From contig NC_057749.1 in assembly GCF_004010195.1 (NCBI RefSeq), positions 26,028,599-26,092,598 of the forward strand: DNA of 64,000 nucleotides, read 5' to 3'. The stretch's first letter is position 1, and every line of letters starts with the position of its first letter. The notes beneath the pieces are model-generated. The model saw only the letters and a program-made list of their open reading frames with translations. It had not been told where the DNA came from and made no database searches. Below, piece by piece: positions 12,368-24,445 of this stretch. Origin of the DNA: Chiloscyllium plagiosum. Lineage: Eukaryota. Position numbers and translations under genes: made by a program.

Positions 12368-12532
12368 GATCCAAAATAGACAGGCAGGAAGCTGGAAGAA
12401 CACAGCAAGCCAGGCAGCATCAGGACCTGAAGAAGGTTACGCCCAAAACATGGATTTCTCCACCTCCTGATGCTGCCTGGCCTCCTGCCTGTCTGTTTTG
12501 GATTCCAGCATCTGCAGTTTTTTTTCTCTCTA
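12368..12532. mobile_element. Fold-back PLE terminal repeat (family C)
   Basis: ATCCAAAATAGACAGGCAGGAAGCTGG... and inverted ...CCTCCTGCCTGTCTGTTTTGGAT; central CCTGAAGAAGG. Confidence 0.7.
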
Positions 12533-13283
12533 GAAGTTCTTCTGGCAGTTCTTTCCATACACGCACTACCCTCTGCTTGAAAAAGCTGGACCTCTAACCT
12601 TAAACCCATGCCCTCTAGTTCTGGACTCTCCCTGAAGTCAATTATATGTCTCTCGCTTAGAAGGAGCATGTGGCCAGCACTGCTGTTCCTTGTGCTGTTT
12701 CAGTAATATTCCCATGTGCCCTGATACCTTCAACGATTTGTGTACATTCACATTGCAGCTTCATATAATTGTCTGCCCATCTTTTCCCCGTTCCTTATTT
12801 CTGTAAATGGGAAAGTATTGCAGTGATTTGCCATTTCGTGCTGGATGGTGGATGAGCAGGACACACTGCTGGACAGGTTTATTGAAAGGATTTACCAGAT
12901 TTGGTCACATTACTTACGCACCTAGCACTGTCTAACAAATGGAACTTGAATGTGGATCTGCTCTAGAGATCAGAAGATTACCATTGCATCACAATGTTAA
13001 AAATCACACAACCCCTGGTTATAGTCCAACAGGTTTATTTGAAAGCACTAGCTTTCGGAGTGCTGCTTCTTCATCAGGTGATTGTGGAATACAAGATTTT
13101 AAGGCACAGAATTTATAGCAAAAGTTTACAGTGTGATGCAACTGAAATGATATATTGGAAAAGACCTGGATTGTTGGTTAAGTCTCTCATCTTTTAGAAT
13201 GACCATGTTGGTTTCTTTCATATGTAAACCCCAGATTTTTTTTTAAAAAGTTACATTCTCAAGTGAACTTTAACAATAGGTGC

Positions 13284-13829
13284 TGTTAGAAACGAAAATC
13301 GCTTCTCAATAATCGCTCTAGACAAATTCAGGAAAACAAAGTTTTATTAGCAAGTCTGCAGAGTTGGGCACTCTTCTGAGAAAAGCGCCCCGAGGCTAAC
13401 AATGTCTTCTGATTAAATACAGGACAAGTCCCTCCCCTCTGTGGCTCTAAAGAGTCACGAGGTTCACATTCTAAACCGTTCAGCAATTTTCCATTCTATA
13501 TCCTTATCTTAAAGTCTATAGCAGATGTCTCCCGAGTTGTTTTTTTCTTCTTACCCTGTAGTCTTATCAGTCAAGGACTTATTCTTCTCTGTCAGAGTTA
13601 GTGGTCCTATTAATCAAGGACTTATTTTTCTATTCTGTGTGAGTGGTCTTATCAATCAAGGACTTGTTTTTCTACTCTGTCAATGTGAGTGGTCTTATCA
13701 ACCCGTAGCAGCAGATGTCTCGTCTTTTATTACAGAGAAGCATGTTTTACCCTACCCCTATGGCTCTATTCCCCTTAGACTCTGAGGTCATGCACATCTC
13801 AGTTGTTTGTACCGAAATCATCTCTCACA
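13284..13829 (-). mobile_element. Solo LTR (ERV/LTR-retrotransposon type), 546 bp
   Basis: TG...CA ends with imperfect inverted termini (TGTTAGAAA / TCTCTCACA); minus strand shows ~40-bp tandem repeats (13560-13700), TATA-like TATTTAAT (~13412-13419), then AATAAA (~13343-13348), in U3-R-U5 order. Confidence 0.75.
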
Positions 13830-13862
13830 ACCTGGTTATAATCCAACAGGTTTATTTGGAAG

Positions 13863-13897
13863 CACTAGCTTTCGGAGTGCTGCTCCTTCATCAGGTG
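13863..13897 (-). ncRNA. Minimal type-I hammerhead ribozyme motif (PLE family B), core intact
   Basis: Minus strand CAC-CUGAUGA-A-GGAG(cagca)CUCC-GAAA-GC-UA-GUG: stem I CAC/GUG, stem II GGAG/CUCC, palindromic AGCU in place of stem III. Confidence 0.75.
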
Positions 13898-14372
13898 ATT
13901 GTGGAATACAAGATTTTAAGGCACAGAATTTGTAGCAAAAGTTTACAGTGTGATGCAACTGAAATGATATATTGGAAAAGACCTGGATTGTTTGTTAAGT
14001 CTCTCATCTTTTAGAATGACCATGTTGGTTTCTTTCATACGTAAACCCCAGATTCTTTTTAAAAGTTACATTCTCAAGTGAACTTTAACAATAGGTGCCA
14101 TGCTATTTCAGATAATTCATTGAAGGTGTGAGGTGCCCTGTGCCCATTTCTACCCTCCTAAATGTGTCATTTCACACTTATATGCATTAATTTTCACCTG
14201 CCATGTTTCTGTTTATTTCACCATTCCATGTCTACCTATTTGTATCCTCCTCATTGTTTATGAATTTCATATCATCTGCAAACTTTGAAGTTTTGTCTTG
14301 TATCCACATGTCATAGGGTCAAGGCCATTAATGTATATCAAAAATAGTAATGGCCCCAACACTGGAATTGGG

Positions 14373-14478
14373 CATGATTGGAGATGTTGGTGTTAGACTG
14401 GGGTGCACAAAGTTAAAAATCAAACAACATCAGGGTATTGTCCAACAGGTTTATTTGGAAGCACTAGCTTTCGGAGTG
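14373..14478 (-). mobile_element. PLE family B terminal fragment
   Basis: CATGATTGGAGATGTTGGTGTTAGACTGGGGTGCACAAAGTTAAAAATC...GGAAGCACTAGCTTTCGGAG. Confidence 0.7.
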
Positions 14479-14854
14479 GCAACACCATTTTATGTCTCTT
14501 CCTACAGTTAAGAAGAGTCAGTTCACCATTCTTCTCTGCTCTTGCCTGCTCAGTCAATTTCATATATAACTGTCCTTTTGACCTCAATTTGCTAATAAGT
14601 CTATTACATGGTACTTCATCTTTTGAAAGTTCATACACTCAATTGCATTGCCCTGATCAGCCTTCCCCATGACTTCACCAAATTATTCAGTCAAGTTGAC
14701 CAAAGTTCATTTGCCTTTTAGCAGCTGTGTTTCCGAATGCTGTAATATTTTAACTAGCTCAAGAAGCCAGTATAAATACTGACCGATAATGTTTGATTTG
14801 ATCAGTTTTACCTTTTCTTTATTCACAGAATGCAGAGTTGATGCAGACAAAGCT

Positions 14855-15685
14855 GCTTTTAGAGATGTTATTGAGACTTAAACCTGGGCCTCCCAGACCA
14901 GGAGCACAGACACTCACTGTGCTACAAGTGGGCCCCACCTGGGTCTGCTTTTTAATTCTTTTTATGATTAGATTACTTACAGTGTGGAAACAGGCCCTTC
15001 GACCCAACAAGTCCACACTGACCCTCTGAAGAGCAACCCACCCAGACCCATTCCCCTACATTTACTCCTTCACCTAACACTATGGGCAATTTAGCATGGC
15101 CAATTCACCTAACCTGCACATTTTTGGACTGTGGAAGGAAATCGGAGGAAACCCACGCAGACACGGGGAGAATGTGCAAACTCCACACAGACAGTTGCCT
15201 GAGGCGAGAATTGAACCCGGGTCTCTGGCGTTGTGAGGCAGCAGTGCTAACCATTGTGCCACCGTTATTTAGCCTATTTTTCTAGTCAACCTGTTTAGAG
15301 ATGTTATTGCATACCTCTGGAGTAGGTGGGATTTGAATTTGGGTCTCCTGGTCCAGGAACAGAGATAGTACCACTGAGCCACAAGAGGGCCCCACCTGGG
15401 TCTGCATTTAAATTATTTTTTAAATTTAACCTCTTTTGCTAATCAACCTGTTCCAAATTTCACCTCTGGAGCAGGTGAAATTTGAACTCAGGAAGACTGC
15501 TTTTATTGACAATCCTTTGTTGCCCCAATAATGAGAATAGCCTTCTTAGCAACTAATTATCTTGCTCCCAAAGATCTGCGGGCTTTCAGTCCAGGGTAGT
15601 GCCTCTGAACCATGAGGCCTGGGTCAAGTCCCATGTGCTTCTAGGGGTTGTAGAAACATCTCTAAACAGGTTGGTTAGAAAATAT
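14855..15685. repeat. Cluster of short tRNA-like-headed repeats (three on minus, one on plus), split by a HE1 SINE
   Basis: Recurrent TCAACCTGTTTAGAGATGTTATTGCATACCTCTGGAG.AGGTGGGATTTGAA...CCACTGAGCCACAAGAGGGCCCCACCTGGGTCTGC. Confidence 0.6.
14967..15265 (-). mobile_element. HE1-type V-SINE
   Basis: Reverse complement of the 11619 element (AGATTACTTACAGTGTGGAAAC ... GCTAACCATTGTGCCACCG). Confidence 0.9.
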
Positions 15686-16389
15686 CATCAAGAGAGGGTG
15701 GACTAGAGGAATGTAAAAAGGGTATGTAATGTCACTGGACTGGTAATCCAGAGCCCCATGTTAATATTCTGGAGACCCTGGGATCAAATCCTACCATGGC
15801 ATATAGTGAAACTTGAATTCAATTGAAATCTGGTATTAAATGGTGACTATGTGCCTTGTATTGTGGTTTATTTCTTCCCAGAATGTGAGTGTCATCGGCT
15901 AGGTCAGTATCCATTGCCATCGCTAATTGCCCAGAGGGCAGTTGAGAGTCAACCACATTGCTTGTAGTTTTGGACTCATATATAGGCTAGACCAGGTGAG
16001 GATGGAAGATTTCCTTGAAGGATGTTAGTGAACCAGATTTTTTTTATGGCCATTAACATTGAGCTGGTCCATCCGAAGCTCCAACAAAATACTTCATTAT
16101 CCATATACTTTACACTGTGTGTGTTTGTAGAGTAATTGATACAAATGTTCTAATTATTTGAACCAATGAAGCCAGGTTTGGTTTTGTTTATTATTCCATG
16201 AGATGTGGACATTACTGGCAAGGTCAACATGTGTTGTCCTTCCTGACTGGATATCTTGGTTAGCCATTTAACAGAGCAGTTATAAGTCAACTACATTACC
16301 ATGAATTTGGAGATGGACCAGGTAAGAAAATTAGTGAACGAGACAGGTTTTGACAGCAACAAATGGTTAAATTCAAAGTTTCTGAATTG

Positions 16390-17025
16390 TAATTTATTCA
16401 AAAAATATCTTTATAAACATACATAGTCACTAAAGCAGTTTGGTTCTGTACAGTAGCATGTGGAGAAGCAAACAAACATTAGAGTTTGACTCTATCCAAC
16501 AAACAAACCCAAAGCATTTCTTACTTATACAAGACTATATTTACATAAATTTGAGGCACTGTGAGGATCCAATAACTGAAGAGAACTCCATTTAACCTCA
16601 GCAGAAAGGCCTCAGACAGTGGTCTTTCCCCACTGAATCTTGACAGCAGCTGCCCCAAACTTTAGTGCATCCCTCAGTACGTAGTCCTGGACCTTGGAAT
16701 GTGTCAGTCTGCAAAACTCGGTTGGGGTCAACTCCTTACTCTGGAAGACCAACAAGTTTCGGGCAGACCAAAGAGTGTCTTTCACAGAGCTGATGGTCCT
16801 CCAAGCGCAGTTGCTGTTTGTCTCAGTGTGCATCCTGAGGACCAGACTGTAGAGCGCAGAGTCCCACATCGCGAGGCTACTCGAGATGAGCCTCCACAAA
16901 CACCATTGTATCTTTATCTAGACTTCCTTTGAAAAGGCACAATCCAGATGGAGATGTGTGATAGTCTTGATTCCGCCCCCTCCCTGCTTCGAAGGCAGTG
17001 TTTGGTTGCACAGAGAGTCTGAGGT
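16390..17025 (-). mobile_element. Tx1/L1-clade LINE 3' end
   Basis: ORF 16612-16899 AWRTISSVKDTLWSARNLLVFQSKELTPTEFCRLTHSKVQDYVLRDALKFGAAAVKIQWGKTTV, homologous to 8240-8886. Confidence 0.75.
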
Positions 17026-17384
17026 GGGATTCAAACCCCCATCTCCAACAAATCATCCTGGACCTCTAGACAACTCTAGCAATAGATCATTTTCATAGTC
17101 ACTATTACTGAGATGAACTTCATATTACTGCTTTTTTAATTGAAACGAAATTCCACCCACTATAATGGTGAGATTTGAACCCATGTTCCCAGAGATTAGC
17201 CTGGGCTCTAAATCCAGTCATATTACATGGCTTTTCCATAGGTTTCGGGCTCTCACTTTCTACAATGGCTTGCCATGTTCTTGTATAATTGTACAATAAT
17301 CACTATGTCTGGACAGATGGAACTCAGTTCTCAAAAACCAGGTACTGGGAATAATGTTGGATATTTGGCACAGAAACCGAAATT

Positions 17385-17745
17385 TTATTATTCATTTGGG
17401 GACAAGGGCGTCACTAGCTCGGCCAGAATTTATTGCCCATCCCTTGTTGCTCAGAATGTAGTCAAGAGTCAACCACATTGCTTTTGGTCAGGATTAATAT
17501 GTTGGCCAGACCAGATAAGGATGGCAAATTTCCCTTCCTTAAAGGAGGTAAGTGATGCTTTTTCCCGACAATCAAAAATGGATTAATGGTCATCATTTAG
17601 ACTCTTAATTCCAGATTTTTATAAAATTGAATTCAAATTTCAACATAAGCCATAGAAGGATTCAAATCCAGGTTCCGGGAATATTACAAGGGTCTCTGGA
17701 TTAACAGTCCAGTTATAATCTCATTTGGCCAATACCTTCCCTGGA
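17385..17745 (-). mobile_element. Old tRNA-headed SINE with CR1-type tail (LF-SINE-like); further pieces at ~15720-16380, 36665-36980, 41640-41800, 51890-52270
   Basis: Recurrent ATTTATTGCCCATCCC...AAGAGTCAACCACATTG...GGCCAGACCAG.TAAGGATGGCA.ATTTCC...GAATTCAAATT...GGATTCAAATCC. Confidence 0.55.
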
Positions 17746-18623
17746 AGCACTCAGCTGGGCTGTGATTATCATTGGAGAGAGAAAATGAATTAAGCTTTCA
17801 GCTGAACTGGAAGAAGTTAGTGATGAATAGCTATATCAAGTAAGGATGCAAGATAAGGAGCTAACAGGGAAGGAAAAGGCAATTGTCTCTGATAACTTGG
17901 TATTGGGGTTGGGTTTGGTGAAGAGGGATGAGTGCAGACAGGAGAGCTTAATTAACAAAAGGAACGATGACGCAAGGCAAAGTGAGCTGATAATACAAAA
18001 AGTTAAAAAAACACAAACAAAAGATGGGAGCAAAAGAAGTGGAAGTGGTTAATGATAGCGTGGAATTGCAGGGAAAGTTGTCCCTTGCAGGGATAAGTTT
18101 TAAGCTCAATGTTCAGAGGCGCTAAGTGAGCATCTCTGGAGAGGGACCCCCTATGGCAGTTGTTAATGTTTTTCCAGTCAGCTGCCCCTCTCTTTAGTCA
18201 TGGAGACTTCAGCTGTGATGCCCTTTCTCTCCCCCTCCCCCTGGCCATCCTGACATGATGTAATGGCACACTCACATGGAGCGAGACCTCATTCTGATGC
18301 CAATGGAATGCTGGCTTGCCCGCTAAGTTACCCCACAAAATGTAGGTCGGTTTGATGTGGATTCCAGATTGCCCTTTGGAAAGTTCCCAGCCTTTGGAAT
18401 GCCCTCCCCATTATTTTCCCAGTCCTCACCTCCCTTCTCCCACAGCTTCCACTCCCACCATCCTGCAAAGTCAAAAGAATTCTGTCCATTAATTCCCTTA
18501 CTATCTTCAGACTCTTTGTCAGTGTTTCTATTTATTTTCTTTCAAACTGAGCAGAATGTTAGTGTCTAGCAGCACTAAGTACATCAATAACACATTAACA
18601 ATTCATCTCTGAAGGTCCGTGAT

Positions 18624-19300
18624 AGGTGTGTGCGTCCATATGTGTGTATATCCATGTGTTTGTATCCATGTGTGTGTATTCATGTGTTTGTATCCATGGG
18701 TGTATATCCATGGGTGTACATCCATATGTGTGTCTCCATGGGTGTATATCCATGTGTGTATATCCATGTGTTTGTATCCATGGGTGTATATCCATGTGTG
18801 TGTATCCATGGGTGTATATCCATGGGTGTATATCCATGTGTGTATCCATGGGTGTATATCCATGTGTGTATATCCATATGTTTGTATCCATGTATGTGTA
18901 TCCATGTGTCTGTGTCCATGGGTGTATATCCATGTGTGTTTATCCATGTGTTTGTATCTATGTGTGTTTATCCATGTGTTTGTATCCATATTTTTGTATC
19001 CATGTGTGTGTATCCATGTGTTTGTATCCATGTGTTTGTATCTACATGTGTGTATCCATGTGTTTATATCCATGTGTATATCCATGTGTCTGTATCCATG
19101 GGTGTATATCCATGTGTGTGTATCCATATGTATGTATCCATGTGTGTGTATCCATGTGTCTGTATCCATGGGTGTATATCCATGTGTGTGTATCCATATG
19201 TATGTATCCATGTGTGTGTATCCATGTGTCTGTACCCATGTGTATATCCATGTGTCTGTATCCATGTGTGTGTATCCATGTGTGTGTATCCATATGTGTT
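18624..19300. repeat. Minisatellite of 12-14 bp units (TATCCATGTGTG / TATCCATGGGTGTA variants)
   Basis: Dozens of tandem TATCCAT-cored units; explains the HT/WIY-repeat pseudo-ORFs. Confidence 0.97.
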
Positions 19301-19417
19301 GCACATATAACCGCCTAAAACCATTATTCTTATCTTTTAATATTTAAGAGGGATTGTGTGCCTATGATGGTTCTGATCTTTAGGAGACAGGATGTATGTA
19401 ATAATGGAATATTCAAA

Positions 19418-19988
19418 TCATAGAGTCATATCGTACAGAAGAGGACCTTCAGCCCATCAGGTGTGCACCAACAATAACTACTTTACATCGACACTAATCA
19501 CACTTTCTCTCAGTAGACCCATAGCCTTTAATGTTATGACATTGCAAGTGCTCATCCAAGTACTTTCTAAAGGTTGTTTAAACATCTCAACTATGCTCCC
19601 AGACAATGCACTCCAGGTTCCCACTGCCCTCCAGGTGAAAATCTTTTTTTTCTCAAAATCCCCTCCAAACTTCCTACTTTTAGAATTTATGCCCCCTTTG
19701 TTATTAACTCTCCAACTAAGAAGACAGCTGTTTTCTATACACCCCGTATGCCCCTTTAATTTTACACACCTCAACCAGGTCCCACCCCTCAACTTTGTCT
19801 GCTCTAAAGAAAACAGCCTGCATTTATCCAACCTCTCTTCATAGCTGAAATGTTCCATCTTAGGCAGTATCCTGGTGATTTTTTTTTATACTCCCTCCAG
19901 TATAATTAACCAAAGTTCTGTACAGCTCCAACATAACCTCTGTGCTCTTATAATCTATGCCACGACTGATAAAGGTAAGTGTCCCATA
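19418..19988 (-). mobile_element. Old CR1 3' end (appears to continue at ~22405-22700)
   Basis: ORF MEHFSYEERLDKCRLFSLEQTKLRG...IFTWRAVGTWSAL. Confidence 0.8.
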
Positions 19989-22395
19989 TAAGACTGTAAG
20001 ACCATAAGACATAGGAGCAGAACTTAGGCCACTCGATCCATCAAGTCTGCTCCATCATTCAATCATGGCTGATAAGTTTCTCAACCCGATTCTCCCACGT
20101 TCTCCCTATAAGCCTAGACTCTTTTACAATCAAGGACCTATCTATCTCCATCTTAAATGTACTCAATGACCTGGCCTCCATAGACTTCTGTGGCAGTGAA
20201 TTCCACAGATTCACCTCGCTCTGGCTGAAGAAGTTTCTCCTTATCTCCGTTCTAAAAGGTCTTCCCTTTACTCGAAGGCTGTGTCCTAGTCTCTCCTACC
20301 AATGGAAACATCTTCCCAACATCTACTCTGTCCAGGCTGTTAAGTGTTCTTTAAGTTTCAATTAGGCCCCCCCTCATTATTCTAAACTCCATTGAGTATA
20401 AACCCAGAGTCCTCAAACGTTCCTCATATGTTAAGCTTTTCACTCCTGGGACCATTCTCGTGAACTTCCTCTGAACAAGCTCCAGGGCCAGTACATCCTC
20501 CCTGAGATATGGGGCCCAAAACTGCGCACAATACTCCAAATGTGGCCTGACCAGAGCCTTATGGAACCTCAGAAATACATCCCTGTTTTTATATTCTCAA
20601 AATAAATGCCACCAATGAGCTTGCCTTCCTAACTACTAACTCAGCCTACAAGTGTGCCTTGAGAGAATCCTGGACTAGAACTCCCAAGTCTCTTTGCACT
20701 TCAGACTTCTGAATTTTCTCCCCATTGTACTCCATCTGCCACTTCTTTGCCCACTCTCCTAACCTGTTCAAATCCTTCTGCAGCCGTCCTGCCTCCTCAA
20801 TGCTACCTTCCCTCTACCTATCTTTGTATCATCTGCAAACTTAGCCAGAATGTCCTCAGTTCCTTCAGCTAAATTGTTAATGTCTAAAGTGAAAAGTTGT
20901 GGTCCCAACACTGAGCCTTGTGGAACGCCACTTGTCATCAGCTGCCATTCTGAGAAAGGACCCTTTTATCCCCACTTTCTGCTTTTTGCCAGGCAGCCAA
21001 GCTTCTATCCATGCCAGCACCTTGCTTCTAACATCATGGGCCCTTATCTTAGTCAGTAGTCTCCTGTGTGGCATCTTGCCAAAGGCCTTCATGAAGTCCA
21101 GATAGATAGCACACATTGGTTCTCCTTGGTCTAACCTGTTTGTTATTTCCTCAAAGAATTCTAACAGATTTGTCAGGCATGACCAACCCTTGATGAAGCT
21201 GGAAATGTGTTGCTGGAAAAGCGCAGCAGGTCAGGCAGCATCCAGGGAACAGGAGAATCGACGTTTCGGGCATAAGCCCTTCTTCAGGAATTTCTCCTCA
21301 ACCCTTGATGAAACCATACTGACTTTACCCTATTTTACGATACGCTTCCAAGTATTCAGAAATCTCATCCTTCACAATGGATTCCAGGATCAGACCCATT
21401 ACTGAGGTTAGGCTAATCAGTCTGTGTTTTTCCATCTATTTCCTTCCATCTTCCAAGCCTTTTTAAACAGGGGTGTTATGTTAGCGATTTCCAGTCCTCT
21501 GGGAACCTCCCTAATTCTAGTGATTTCTGAAAGATTATCACTAACGTCTCCATTATCTCCTCAGGTATCTGCCTTAGATCTCTGGGGTGCAGTCCATCTG
21601 ATCCAGAATATTTATCCACCTTCAGGCCATTCTGATTTTCTAGCACCTTCTCCTTGGTGATGGCCACCATACTCAGCTCTGCCCCCTCACTCTCTTGAAG
21701 TTTTGTGGAATTATTCATGTCTTCCACCGTGAAGACTAACACAAAGTAATTATTCAGTTCCTCAGGCATTTCTTTGTTCTCCATTACTATCTCTCCTGTA
21801 TCATTTCCTAGCAGCCCAATGTCCAAATTTAATCTTTTCCCGCCTTATTTTTTTGTTGCTCTCTGTTGGTCTTTGTAAGTTTCTCAATCCTCTAGTTTCC
21901 CACTGTTCTTTATATGCTTTCTCTTTTGCTTTTATGCTTTCCCTGATTTCCTTAGTCATATTGCTTCATCCTCCCTGTACCATTCTTCTTTTTCCTCGGG
22001 ATGAATCCCTGTTGTGTCTCCTGAATTGCTCCCAGAAACTCCTGCCATTGCTGTTCCACTGTCTTTTCCTGCTGGGCTCCTCCCCCAGTCAATTCTACCC
22101 AGCTCCTCCCTCATGCCTCTGTAGTTACCTTTATTCAGCTGAAATATAGTTAGCTCTGATTCTATCTTCTCTCTCTCAGATTGCAGAGTATGTTCAATCA
22201 TGTTATGATCACTGCTTCCTCAGGGTTCCTTCACCTTAAGCTTCCTTATCAAGTCTGCCTTATTGTACAACACTGAATTCAGTATTACCCATTCTCTACT
22301 GGGCTCCATCACAAACTGCTCCAAAAAGTCATCTCATAGACATTCCACAAATTCCTTTTCTTGCAAAATTGATTTCCCCAGTCCACCTGCATATA
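19989..22395 (-). mobile_element. CR1 LINE ORF2 fragment plus 3' end (second subfamily), decayed
   Basis: EYCAQFWAPYLREDVLALELVQRKFTRMVPG; IYLDFMKAFGKMPHRRLL; EELNNYFVLVFTVED...KYSGSDGLHPR; LNKGNYRGMREEL. Confidence 0.9.
21198..21298 (-). mobile_element. PLE family A mini-insertion with 14-bp TSD
   Basis: CAACCCTTGATGAA at 21184-21197 and 21299-21312; insert ends with a short inverted TTTCTCCT terminus. Confidence 0.85.
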
Positions 22396-23029
22396 GAAAT
22401 CCCCCATGTTCACTGTGCCTTCCTAATTGCACTATTAACCTATCCTATAATCTTCAGTAACATGATGACGCCAAGATCCCTCTGTTTCCCTGAGCTTCCT
22501 AGTAGCCTGCCATTCATTGAGTACTCTCTTGTTACCTCTTCCAGAGTGCATTACCTCACATGTTTCAGTGTTATATCTGGCACTGAGCTGCTGATTTGCC
22601 CAATCCATCTATATCCTCCTGTAACCTAAAACATTCTTCCTCACTACCAACCACCTGGCCAATCTTCATGTCATCCACAAGCCTATTTATCATTTCACAC
22701 CTCGAACCCCCACTCAACCTGTCGCCTTCATCATTCTTTAAGTTTGGAAGCATTGAGGTTAATGGCTGGCAGGACCTTGTTCAAACTGTTGACAACTTGC
22801 CCATTGACCTACATCATGCTTTGAGTTCAACTGTCTTAATCGTGACAGAGGAGGAAAGACAATGTACAAACTCCTGCACTCCAGAAACCAATATCCCCAT
22901 GGGACATCCTGTTCTATGTGTCCAAAAGGATTGAGAACTGACCCATTCAGCCATATGAAGACCCACAGTTGACAAGCTGGAGGCTGGAAGAACACAGCAA
23001 GCCAGGCAGCATCAGGAGGTGGGGAAGGC

Positions 23030-23622
23030 GTAGATCATGTTGCGGCTGTACAGGACATTGGTTAGGCCCTTTTGCAATATTCGTGCAATTCTGGTTTCCT
23101 TCCTATTAGAAAGATGTTGTGAAACTTGAAAACTTTCAGAAAAGATTTACAAGGATGTTGCCAGGGTTGGAGGATTTGAGCTATAGGGATAGGCTGAACA
23201 GGCTAGGGATGTTTTCCCTGGATCACTGGAGGCTGAGGGGTGACCTTATAGAAGTTTACAAAATCATGAGGGGCATGGATAGGATAAATAGGCAAAGTCT
23301 TTTCCCTGGGATCGGGGAGTCCAGAACCAGAGGGCGTAGGTTTAGGGTGAGAGGGGAAAGATATAAAAGAGACCTAAGGGGCAACCTTTACATGCAGAGG
23401 GTGGTACGTGTATGGCATGAACTGCCAGAATAAGTGATGGATGCTGGTACAATTGTAACATTTAAAACGCATTTGGATAGTTATATCAATAAGAAGCGTT
23501 TAGAGGGATATGGGCCGGGTGCTGGCAGATGGAATTAGATTGGGTTGGGATATCTCGTCGGCATTGACAGGTTGGACCAAAGGGTCTGTTTCCGTGCTGT
23601 ACATCTCTATGACTCTATGACT
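23030..23622 (+). mobile_element. CR1 (HER1-like) 3' end nested in a PLE family C repeat (22971-23027 + 23623-23670)
   Basis: ORF KLENFQKRFTRMLPGLEDLSYRDRL...; CTCTATGACTCTATGACT tail; PLE resumes AAGTCAACATTTTGGGTGTACCCC. Confidence 0.88.
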
Positions 23623-24084
23623 AAGTCAACATTTTGGGTGTACCCCTTCAACAGGACTGGGGATGGGGGTAGAAGACCACAGCAGAGACCTGCAACCCTC
23701 AGTAAAAATCATCTTCAAATCGAGGGGCAGCTGATGACAAGATCATCAGCCAGTCATGATCATGTTGGATCATGTTGTAGAGAAGTCTTGGAGGGTTGAA
23801 TTGCCTACCCTTGCTCCCATTTTCAATGTCTCTATGAGATAAGATGGCAACAGTTTGTTAGAACAGGGAACAGCAAACAGATCCTTAAAGTCAGTCCATT
23901 GTCTCTTCCCCACATTGTGTATTCTTCAGCGTAACATTATTAAGATAATCTTGTGAGATTAAGTATTTACTGTCTGAAATGATTAGATTTTATCTTTAAA
24001 TTCAATAATAGCATTGTTTCCCAAATGTTTCAAAAGAATTTTTTATAGTCAATTACTTTTGAAACAAGGTTTGTTACCAAGTAA

Positions 24085-24445
24085 GCCAAGGTTTATAAAA
24101 TCACGAGGGGCATAGATAAGGTGACTAGACAAGGTCTTTTCCCTAGGGTAGGGGATTTCAAAACCAGGAGGCATATGTTTAAGGTGAGAAGGGAAAGATT
24201 TAAAAGGGACTTGTGGGGCAAATTTTTCACACAGAGGTTGGTGAGTATAAATAATGAACTGCCAGAGGCAGTGGTAGAGTCAGGTATGCTTACAATGTTT
24301 AAAAGACATTTGAACAGGTACATGAATAGGAAAGGTTTAGAAGGATATGGGCCAAATGAAGGCAAATGACACCAGTGTAGTTTGGCAAACCATGGATAAG
24401 TTTGACCGAAGGGTCTGTTTCCGTGCTGTATAACTGTATGACTCT
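24085..24445 (+). mobile_element. CR1 3' end
   Basis: LFPRVGDFKTRRHMFKVRRERFKRDLWGKFFTQR...; ATGACTCTA tail. Confidence 0.85.

Larger units (their letters stand above)
12995..14140 (-). mobile_element. PLE family B terminal region, present twice in tandem around a solo LTR
   Basis: 13013-13283 and 13830-14098 are near-identical; each carries the hammerhead motif on the minus strand. Confidence 0.8.

Noticed and set aside
13555..13705. Regularly spaced repeats resembling a CRISPR array
   Set aside because: Whole units repeat without unique spacers, the context is eukaryotic and no cas genes are present
18595..19347. Long ORFs (up to 242 aa) in several frames
   Set aside because: Read-through of a stop-free minisatellite
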